Part shown: one piece after another, positions 13,601 to 24,100 of the stretch
Layout: each line of letters begins with the position of its first letter
How positions within the stretch are numbered: the stretch's first letter is position 1
Assembly: GCA_051294375.1 (NCBI GenBank)
Contig: CM119263.1
Location: 20,736,115-20,800,114 of the forward strand
Direction: 5' to 3'
Length of the DNA: 64,000 bases
Source: Paraspadella gotoi
Lineage: Eukaryota > Animalia > Chaetognatha
The notes under the pieces: model-generated
What the model was told of the DNA's origin: nothing
Seen by the model: only the letters and a program-made list of their open reading frames with translations
Database searches by the model: none
Translations under genes and position numbers: made by a program

Positions 13601-16600
13601 AATATTTTTTTAAGGTTAAATATGAATTTAAAAGTAACAAGTTTGAGCAAACAATGTCGATCATTAATTAGTTTTTTTTTAAATTAATTCAAGTGAATTT
13701 CAATGTTTGTTTTGAGATCTTTTCGTCCCTGACCACGACAAAAGCAACAATGACGATGATGACAATAAATTGATTGATTAATTGACTGATTAATTAATTG
13801 ATTAATTAACTGATTAATTATTTGATTAATTAATACATTTTGCATTTACATTTATTATAAAAAGAAGCATAATCAATTAGTGAAACAGGTTTTTTGTTTT
13901 TTCCATTTAAACTCATTTCCACTAAATTTCCAGCTTAATCTCACACTTTCCTACCCACATAAAAAAATTCAAGTTAATTGCCCCATCCACTCCCGAGTAA
14001 TTGGCGTTCAAATAGTGAAATATATTTTTTGTTTTTTCCATTTAAACTCATTTTCACTCGCACGATTCCATCGAAACTTCATATCCAGCTTAATCAGACA
14101 CTTTCCTACCCACACACAATCTCAATCCATCCATCCAATTATGAATTATTAGAATAATTATTATTTAATATATGTAAAAAGTTTTAAGTAAATGTGACTT
14201 ATGTTTTTTTTTCAATTTAAATCATTTCCACTCGCACGATTCGACTTTGATATGCCTCAGCATCTTGGAATGAGCGAGAGAGACAGTGACTTCGCGTCAA
14301 AATCATCAGAGATAAGGGGGAGATATGTTAAAGCTCTGCAAATTTTACAAGCATGCAGTTGTTATGGTTCTTGTTATTACTCGTTAAAAAGTTAAAAAAT
14401 CAGTTTAAAAATGTAAAAGTTCTAACAAAGTTTCTTGAAAGTTTTTCAAATACGTAAGTGGGATAGAAAATCTGACAGACACACTGACCAAAAGTTTTTG
14501 ATACACTTGCGTGGCTCTTAATCTTGGCGCATCTAAAAATAATGTTATATGGTGGACTAAAATCCACCAACCGTTCATTAGCGTACCATTGTGCCGGAGG
14601 CAAGTCATTCGCCTCCCAACCCAAAGGTCCGGGGTTCTAGCCCGGTGGTCGTCTGGCAGTTAAGAGGGACGGGGCGCTTAACCCGCCTGTAACATGGTGT
14701 TACAGCCTGATCCGAAGCTCAGGGGCTGCTTATATTGAACGGTTTCTGTCATTAACACTTATCAATAATTACTGTCTCTTCATTGGTGAGCCCGACTTCC
14801 GAACACAAACAGCAACAACAACACTTTCAGGCGACATGCCTCAACCTGGCGATGCACTTTCCGCCCACATCACATCAGGCGACATGCCTCAACTTGGTGA
14901 CGAACTTTCCATCAACAACAACAATTCACTGAAGAGACACAACAGACTTCTCCCTACAGGAGAGGGGGATGTATGGTGGACTAAAATCCACCAACCGTTC
15001 ATCAGCGACATTGGTGCCGGAGGCAAGTCATTCGCCTCCCAACCCAAAGGTCCGGGGTTCTACCGCCGTGGTCGTCTGGCAGTTAAGAGGGACGGGGCGC
15101 TTACCTGCGTCTTACTGCTGTAATGGGTTACAGCCTGATCCGAAGCTCAGGGGCTGCTTATATTGAACGGTTCTGTCATTAACACTTATCAATAATTACT
15201 GTCTCTTCAGTAGAGTATAAGAAACTCAAATTATTAAAATTTTATAAAAGCCATATTTAGCTTACATAATATGAAATAAAGACCCATATAAATATTTAGG
15301 TAAGTTTATTTACAAATTTTATATTTTATTAACTGTTTTTTAATTATATTTATTAATAAATAGGCTAAAGTGAAAAAATTAAATTTTAAAATTTTAAAAC
15401 CGGATTTGAATTTCTTATAAAAAGTTGATTTAAGAAAGTATAATCCATTTTAACAAATTTTTTTATTAAGTAGGTAAAAAATATTAAAAACTATTTTTTT
15501 TATTTAATTTTTTAATTTTTGGATTAAAATTATAGTTTTTCTGAATTTTGAATAACTTAATGACATAATTTTGATATAAAAATTATATTTTCTTATATCA
15601 ACTTTTTGCAAGGAATACAAATCCAGGAATAAAATTTTGAAATTATTATTTTTTTATTTTAACCTAATTTTTATTAATAATTATTAATAAATATGGCTAA
15701 CTTTTTATAAAATATAAAATTTAGAAATAAACTTACCAAAATATTTTTATAAGTCTTTATTTTTATATTTCAAAAGCTCATTTTAATTTTATAAAATTTT
15801 AATAATTTAATTTATCATAACTATTTTATGACAATTTTATATACATTAAAAATCATCATTTTCGACAAGAAAATCTTAAAAGAATAGGATCGAGTTTATC
15901 TCCAATGATAACCAAATATTGATGCGATGATAACCAAAGGATTGATGCGATGATAACCAAATGATTGATGCAATGATAACCAAATATTGATGCGAGGATA
16001 ACCAATAATTGATGCGATGATAACCAATAATTGATGCGATAACCAAATGATCGATGTGATGATAACCAAATGATTTATGCGATGATAATCATTCATTGAT
16101 GTGATGATAATCATTCATTGATACGATGATAGTCATTCATTTATGTGATGATAGTCATTCATTGACGCAATGAATCATTCATCATAAATAAATCAAACAA
16201 ATGCGTGTATGAGTGAAAGAGAGAGAGAAAGAGAGAAAGAAAGAGAGAGAGAGAAAAAAAAAGAATAAATCCACAAAAATCTCGGATATAAATTTGGGAT
16301 TTTGCATTGAGAAAAAAGCGCGGAATAAATGGCGATAATAAAAGTTTTTAAAAAGAAAAAAATAATCAAAATTTTTCAAAAAACGATCACGCAAGAGATC
16401 GTACAGAGAGAATCAGAAAGAGAAAGACAGACAGAGGCAGATTGAAAGAGAGAGAGAAAGCTGGACAGCCGCTGGAATGCAGCTGTACAGTCACTACTAA
16501 GCCTGAACTCGTTTTTAAAGGGTTCAGAAAAGGCAGCAACAAACAAAAATAGGAAGAAAAATTTATATATAATTTAAAGAAATAAAAGAAAGGAAAAAAA

Positions 16601-19600
16601 TGTTACAATTGTTTACAATTGAAAATTTTTACAATTTTTTCAGGATGAGAAGCCATATCTAAATTTTTAACTTACTATGATCGCACACTTTTATAAAACT
16701 TCATTGTAATTTATAATAATTCTTATTTAAAAAAAAACAGTAAGTCCCAGCCAAAACTATAAAAGCGTAGAAGTTTTTATATAAAATGCGTGACGCCGAC
16801 GACGATGACGACGACGTCACAAAGAAGCTCACCCGAATCAATATCGATCCTAAACCAGCTTAGCCGGTAGGCTCGATAAAAAGCGTGACGCCGACGCCGA
16901 CGACGACGACGACTACGTCACAAAGAAGCGCACCCGAAACAATATCGAGCCTGAACCGGCTTCGCCGGTAGGCTCGATAAAAATGGTCATCACCATCGAA
17001 TTCTACAGATTTGTTTACACTAAAATAGCTATGTACCTTATTCGATTTGTTATATTTCCTTATTTTTAAACGCCCTAATATACACTGTGTCGTTTGTAAC
17101 CCCCGTTCGTTGTTTTTTTTAAACCTAAAGGCGCGGATTGCTTTTTGACGTACATAATATAGAATAATTGTTTATCTTTTATTTCTGTATTTTTTATATT
17201 TTTTATTACTTTTTAAGAGAGATTCCTCTTTGAATATTTTTTTAATTCAAATTCTTTGCATTGGTCAGTATTGTCTATTATCTATTTTATCATCAATTTT
17301 CATTAATTTTGACTAATGTCAATTGAAATCTGAAGACTAATTGAAGAAAGCGATTCCCCCCTCATGTTCTGATCCCCAAAATATAATAAACATCATGGCT
17401 TTGCTTCACGATTAGTTCGTTTAAATTGCTGTTGATTTGGTTTCCTAGGTTACACGAGGTTTTCCGGCGTCGATTTTTCGGGAACTTTTTTTGTCAACAC
17501 CGAAGTTGACGACGACTACGCAGGCTTCATTTTCGGATATCAGGTGGCGCGATAATCAAGGGTGGCTCCGTTATAAAAACTGTCAATAATTTGGAACTAA
17601 ATGTATGTAAATTTGAAAGATTAATTTATGCTAAAATGAAAAAATTATTGGTAATAAGAAAGTCCAATGCCATCTACAAATATATTATTCTAATTTTTTT
17701 AAGGGAAAATAGTTATGAAATTGTTATAACCAATATAAAAATTATCCATTCATTTAATAAATAAGCATTAAGCAATCTTGCCCCTGACTTTGGACACTAG
17801 ACAATAGATAGGCTTTGATCTTAAGACTATGAGTCTTAAGAGTCTTTCTCGTTGCCTCCCAGGATTCGTCGTCGTTCTACGTCGTGATGTGGAAGCAGGC
17901 AACGCAGACCTACTGGCAGGCGACGCCTTTTAGGGCAGTGGCTGAGCCAGGTAACGACTTCTGATTATTAATAAATTTTGTAAAAAATCAATTTATTCTA
18001 CTATTTATAACTTAATCGATTGTAAGTCAGTTTAATCTTTATTAAATATTTTCACGCGCGCCTTTTAATTCACAGGCTAAGACAAAATTAAAAATTCCTT
18101 TCCTACAATCTTTTTGTAAAAAAAAAATTACCATTTGATCCAAAGAGGAAGGCTGAAGAAAAATTAAAAATAAATTAATATTTAAATTAAATATTAATGA
18201 TTTATATGTTCCTTTGTATTTACTCAGTATTTAACAGTTATCATAAAAAAGATTGTAAGAAAAGAATTTCTTACCATATAGGGCTGACGCAAAAGCAGGT
18301 ATGCTCTCGTTTTAATTGTCGATAAAGCGACAATCAGTCAATGTAAAGCAATGGGGTGTGTTTCCGCCACAAAACCAAAATATAAAAAAGAGCAATTCCC
18401 ATTAATTGCCGGGTAAATATTATCCCACATACACTATCGATGTGTACCCAAAAAAAAATCCTACTATAATAAAGACAATTTTCTTCCATCCATAGCAATA
18501 TGGAAACTTTTAAATGGGTCGTTTCCATATTGACGGGTACCTGTTTTGAGATTTAGAGGTAAATCAAATATTAATTAGGAGAAGGCACAACGGATATTTA
18601 TCTATATCTTTAAGGAATTCAACTCAAAGTGGTGAAGAGCGCGACGGGTCCGGGAGAAATGTTACGGAACTCGTTGTGGCACACCGGTGACACCGATAAT
18701 CAGGTCTACAAAACTGAGAGAAGAAATTTGTCGTATTAGTCGGTGCTAATTGGATCATGGCGTGGGTGTTTTGAAATATTACTTAAGGTTGGTATCAATT
18801 ATCAATTAGCACAACAGGGGCTGCTACTTTGGTGGACTAAAATCCACCAACCGTTCATCAGCGGCCATTGGTGCCGGAGGCAAGTCATTCGCCTCCCAAC
18901 CCAAAGGTCCGGGATTCTAGCCTGGTGGCCGCCTAGCAGTAAAGAGGGACGGGGCGCTTAACCCGCCTGTAACACGGTGTTACAGCCTGATCCGAAGCTC
19001 AGGGACTGCTTATAATGAACGGTTCTCTCTTTAACACTTATCAATAATTACTGTCTCTTCACTACTAAATTAAAGGCATTATGAAACAGAATAAAATACA
19101 ATAACCTTTTAGTATTGAGGTTTCTTAAAACTTACTTTTTTAAATTGATCAAACTACTCATACAAACGATAAGTACAATTACCGCCATGGCCATATATAC
19201 TTTTACTACTACTACCTATTACTACGTACCTACTACTAACTACTACTACCTAGTAAATACATACTAGTAACAACTATGTACTAGTTCGACTACTATCTAC
19301 TACTACTAATACTTACTAAGTAAGCTATTACCATTACTATCTCAAGGTCCGCCTCCTGTGGAAGGATCCCCGCAACGTTGGATGGAAGGAGAAGACCGCC
19401 TACCGGTGGGAGTTGATCCATCGCCCGCTGGCTGGTCTCATCCGGGTCAAGATGTACGAGGGAATCGAGTTGGTCGCCGATTCTGGCAACGTCATAGACT
19501 TCACTCTCAAGGGCGGGAGACTCGGGGTCTTCTGCTTCTCCCAGGAGATGATCATTTGGTCAGATCTCGTCTACAGATGCAACGGTGAGAGATCAAAGAT

Positions 19601-20547
19601 GACATATCAATTCGTCTCTCAATGAATTAAAGAAATAAAATCCTTCAATCGATTTATCAATTCGTCAATCAATCATTAAAATCCTTGAGGGCCAACGATC
19701 AATTATTTCAATTAATACATATAATTGTAAATCAATCCCATCAATCGATCAATCATTCATATTTTAAGTTATAAATTGTGATAGACTTTCTTTTCATTGC
19801 GTTTAATTTTAGTGTTGAACTGAAAACAAAGTTTATTTGTTTCATCAACGGAATGGACCGATAAACGGACTTGGTTGGCCTAGTGTTCTCTTAGCAATTT
19901 TGACCATCAATCCCTCCGTCGGTTCCTCTGTCGGTCATTGGTCATTCTAAGGTTGAAGTAAGGTCTGTGATTCGTCGGTATTCTGATGATTCGTGAAGGA
20001 GACGAGCAATCACATCACTAGGCCAACCAAGTCCGTTTATCGGTCCATTCCGTTGATGGTTTATAAACTACGGGTTTTTATTCCAAAATAACACACAAGT
20101 TTGAACTTTTATTTTGGAGTTTTCATCAACGCTTAATTAAGCTTAATTAAGCGTTGAAGAAGACTCAAAAATAAGAATCGAAATATGTCCGTTATTTTGG
20201 AATAAAAACCCGTTGTTTGTAAACAAATAAATTGAATTATATAAATAAATAAGTATATAAATAAATGAATTTAAAAAAAAAAATAATCCAACCAATCAAA
20301 CCAAGCAAACAAAACAAAAAAGATAACTATTTCTTCCTAGTTGTCAATATTTATTATTTAATTTATCCATACATTATTAATTCCCGACGATGTTGTATTA
20401 CAACGCGACGGAATCTCGCGATGCAAGCAAAGGCGCAACGCAAGAAATCCCTTGATATTTTTCGCAGAGGCTCTGCCACGAGGCTTCGTCGCTGAGGAAA
20501 ACAACGCCCTTCCCGAAGGAAGACGACGGAGAAGAAAGTCTTTTTAG
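530..20547 (+). CDS. Thrombospondin/COMP-like extracellular matrix protein, 5' part outside the window. Exons: 530-634, 1120-1227, 1391-1559, 1815-1933, 2363-2597, 3061-3239, 10926-10974, 17449-17543, 17863-17950, 18615-18703, 19347-19584, 20468-20547
   Basis: Exons are GT-AG bounded and phase-compatible. They translate to an EGF end ([23 protein letters not shown]), type-3 Ca-binding repeats (DNCPxxxNxxQxDxDxDGxGDxCD) and the TSP C-terminal domain ([79 protein letters not shown]). The last exon is the least certain; AATAAA at 20603. Confidence 0.95.
3513..10743 (+). mobile_element. DINE-1/Helentron-like non-autonomous element (family 1), interrupted by the BEL element
   Basis: Starts in a T-run with ATCGAGCCT..AGGCTTGAT, contains (CGT)n, (CT)n and ATCATCGCATCAA-type repeats, and has the subterminal inverted copy AGGCTCGAT at ~10718. 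A closely similar reverse copy lies at 15870-16983. Confidence 0.65.
4807..10487 (-). mobile_element. Decayed BEL/Pao LTR retrotransposon in a thrombospondin intron; LTRs ~4807-5267 and ~10027-10487
   Basis: Near-identical ~460-bp direct repeats, probable TSD ATTAT, and a purine tract GATAGATGGGGGA before the 3' LTR. Fragmented minus-strand ORFs carry Pao motifs (Cxx[54 protein letters not shown]...EWP). Many stops and frameshifts; no integrase remnant recognised. Confidence 0.9.
14548..15209 (+). mobile_element. TRIM with tRNA-like cassette in its LTRs (Helenus/TRIMp3-like), two-LTR copy
   Basis: LTRs at 14548-14782 and 14972-15209 (TATGG...TTCA). PBS TGGTGAGCCCGAC at 14784; PPT AGGAGAGGGGGA just before LTR2; ~190-bp non-coding internal region. 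Confidence 0.85.
15870..16983 (-). mobile_element. DINE-1/Helentron-like element (family 1), reverse copy with a tandemly duplicated 5' end
   Basis: Reverse complement of much of 3513-4800 plus 10490-10743. The ~95-bp terminal unit occurs twice (16790-16880 and 16882-16982). Confidence 0.7.
18828..19061 (+). mobile_element. Solo LTR of the tRNA-cassette TRIM
   Basis: Same LTR sequence; 4-bp TSD CTAC; tRNA-like segment at 18861-18933. Confidence 0.85.
19843..20058. mobile_element. MITE with perfect 43-bp TIRs, nested in a palindromic (foldback) element at ~19832-20232
   Basis: CATCAACGGAATGGACCGATAAACGGACTTGGTTGGCCTAGTG and its exact reverse complement; GTTT on both flanks. Confidence 0.85.
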
Positions 20548-21112
20548 TCCGAGATCATAAATTAATGTTGAGCGAGATGCTTAATTTCAAAAGGGTATTG
20601 TAAATAAAACATATATAAACTAACCCAATAGCTCCATTGACATATTTCTTCTTCCTTCCAATTGAATACTCATGTGTATGTAAATGTTAATAAGTGTATT
20701 GTTAAAGCGTCGTTACTTATTCTGTAGAATGTCGGTAGGGATTCTTAATCGCCAGTATTCAGTTTTAAGTCGAAGGAATGCTGAAAATTTCGTATAAAAT
20801 TATTTTTATAGATGAATATTGATTATCGAATAATGAAAGGCATGGGCTTACTAATACAATTTTTGTTGGAATTATACCGTAATGTTGTGTAAAATTTTTT
20901 TCTTTAAATATTTTGCAGTCAGCAGTCAGAAAGAACGCTATTCTCATCACTACCTACAAGCTTAGTAGAACATAAGTATGTACTGTTTGCTTCGATAGAA
21001 AGCGGAACCCCGTCGCCTGGAATTTCAATCCGGAGATGAAAGCCAGACCGCGTCATTATATAACGATTCTGCGTTCCCGCCGAAAGGTAAAAAAAATTCG
21101 TCGAGGGCGAAA

Positions 21113-24100
21113 ATGATTTTTTTTCCCGCGATTTTTTGCGCGATAATTTGCGTCGTCTTCGGGACCGCTAGCTCGTCGAACTCATTGTACACAGGTGTAG
21201 GAATTTAATAATTCACGATAAGCTTATTCAGCTTATTTATTATAAAAAAAACTTGTTTGCTTCCACGCGGCAGGTACGTGCCATAACAGATGCGGCGAAT
21301 ACCGATTCAATTTAGTCTCTCAAATCGGATGCCAGTGCGATGAATTGTGCGCGCAAATGGAAGATTGTTGCGTTGACTACGAACGGATCTGTCGACTAGG
21401 AACTAAAATGTAAATTTTTTTATTAAAAACAATAGATAATAATAAGTCATTAACAGTATAACACTTTTAAAATGTGGAGCTAAGACTAAGAAAGGTATAA
21501 TACATAGAAATACAACAGAAATAGTATTACATGAAACACTGAAACAGGACTGAAAAGAAATATTCAATATTTTATGCCCTTTCCAGTAGGGTGGAGTGAT
21601 GAAAAGATTTGAGCGATGGAACTATGTTTTTTTGTTGCCTTTGTATATATAATAAAAAATAATTAAGCCCTTTTTTAAAAAAATTTGCATAACAGTATCA
21701 TTAATTGAATTTTTTTATAGTAATATCCTTATAAAATTATAAAATTTTAAAATCATATTTTTTTAATTTTAAGAACAGTTTTGGATTCGCCAGAAAAGAA
21801 TTAAAAACATTTGTAAAATATGTTACATAATATTTTTAGGTTAAAGCTGCAAAAAATGATCAAAACGTTTCATCATATAATAGTTTTTACTACAAAGCGT
21901 AAAAAAGTGGAGTATTTAACTTTTTTTTCCCATTGTTAATGCTGAAGACATTGAAGTTTTTAATAATATGGTGGACTAAAATCTACCAACCATTCATCAG
22001 CGGCCATTGGTGCCGGAGGCAAGTCATTCGCCTCCTAACCCAAAGGTCCGGGGTTCTAGCCCGGTGGTCGTCTGGCAATAAAGAGGGATGGGGCGCTTAA
22101 CCCGCCTGTAACATGGTGTTACCGCCTGGTCCGAAGCTCAGGGACTGCTTATATTGAACGGTTCTGTCACTAACACATAACAATAATTATTGTCTTATGG
22201 CAACAGCCGGGTGGCTTGTGATGCCTATTGGGATGGGGCATCTCACTGTTGGCTTTGAGGGCTTCCGACCCTCAGTGACGGCTCCAGTCACTGGCGCAGT
22301 TACCCTAGGACGGTCTCTCTTTGCCAACGCAGAGCGAAGTCGTTAAGACTGTGGATAGAACACTACGCCTGGGATGGTGTGTTCCCCCTTTGAGCCAATG
22401 GATTTGGCTGAAGGATGGGGGACGTCAGGCGGTGTGAATATACCGCCACAGTCTCTTCAATAACATATTTTATATTTTTGATCTAACTTTTTATGAATAA
22501 TCAGAATCTTTAATAAAAATTTAAAAAAAATTATTTTAAAAATTTATGATTTTATAAGGATATTACTATAAATATATTATAATTAAAGATACTGTTCCCC
22601 AAATAATATAAGCAAAATATTTTTTATACTCCTTAATCATACTATCTCATGTCTAAATATCCTTGTTTGTTCATTCAAATACAATTTATGTTCCCCAGTA
22701 CTCCACTCTACTGTCCAGTGTCCAATAATGCCTCCTCGGATCCTGCTATTACCGATTTTTTCCCTCGCTCACGGCCTCGCGCTTTCTCCCCCCAAAAAAG
22801 TTCCAGCCTGGAATGTCGACGATTTAACTGGAAACGAAGCCGCGTCATCTTCGGATTCCACGCCGTCGCTTCCTGCGGCGCCGAATTCGAACGGCGTCAT
22901 TCGCGAAGCCCGACGCCGGAATCGCTGGCCCAGCGGCGTGGCTGTGTGGACCCTTGGCGCCTGGGCGAAGATTGGGGCGTCCCCATTCGACGCCTGATGG
23001 AAGTTATCCCCGTGACGAAGACGTCTGACGACGCCCGTTTTGGCGTCACCTTTGCCAACGTCCACTGCTTTCGATGCGCCGACGACACCGGCGATGGAGA
23101 CAGGAAGTTCCTTCATTGGGGCGCAGAATTTCTCGTCAACGGACGATTCGAGATAGCGCCTGTGCTGGCAGCTAATTCCACGCTAAGGATTCAGGCGCTG
23201 CTGCCGCCGGAAGGATTCGTTGACGCCGCCGTCGCAGCCACCCAACGCGAGATGGCGCCGTGTCTTGTGCAGGAGGATTGGCTCGATGTGTGCTACAGGC
23301 AGGAAGAACGGAGGAATAAAACTAAAGCTAAGAAGGAGGAGAAAACGGGAAACAAAACGCCCTCAGATAGTTCTATTAAAATTTACTTTTGTCATTTACT
23401 ATCACTTAAATAATAGTTAAATTTAATTGGCTATGTATTTTAATTAATTTGTGCCGTGAAAACACATCTGTAAGCTTACCTCTATCTTCAATTTTCACAC
23501 AATTTATTTAGCAATAATCAAGTTTCTCTTGATTTTAAATCAAATAATTGCCAAGGACAAGAATTCCATTCATGTCGTATCACACAAGTTTCGTTTTTCG
23601 ACAATAAAATTTGATTCACAAATTCCATTCAATCATTCGTACGACCCCCCTCCCCATTCAATCTTAACAATTAATTCACCGCCAGGAACCTCTCTTACGG
23701 CCCTTTCCCCCGCCACTGGACCCAAGCGACGAGGTTCTGCGTTCGCCGACCGGAGATGCTTCTTCTCTTCGCCAACGAGGAGGCGATCGGCTGTGACGAC
23801 CCTAAATTCTGTCGCGAATTCGTTTCTCCCAATTGGCTACTGAAGACACCCGGCCAGAAAAAGGTGTCAGTTCGAATTTATTTATTATTATCAATATCTC
23901 TTGTAAGACAACCGATGAAGAAAAAATATTTTTTTGGGGGCGATTATTTTTGATGAACTAAGTAGTTAGTAATCGACCAGTGACAAAACCGTTATTATCT
24001 GTTAGTTTTACATGGAACTGTAACTGTATTTGTAACTGTACCGGAAGTGTAAAATCAATCATCTCGATTCAGGGATTTTTAGGCTTCTACCCTCTAACTC

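Larger units (their letters stand above)
11287..17077. mobile_element. hAT-like non-autonomous element (TAGGGCG termini) carrying nested insertions
   Basis: ~60-bp imperfect TIRs (TAGGGCGTTTAAAAATAA...TTTTTAAACGCCCTA) and 8-bp TSD ATATACAC. Part of the core (15210-15870) matches the short copy at 31156-32139. Confidence 0.8.

Noticed and set aside
18861-18933. Functional tRNA-Gly gene
   Set aside because: The anticodon stem is poorly paired, the T-loop is atypical, and the segment is embedded in an LTR.
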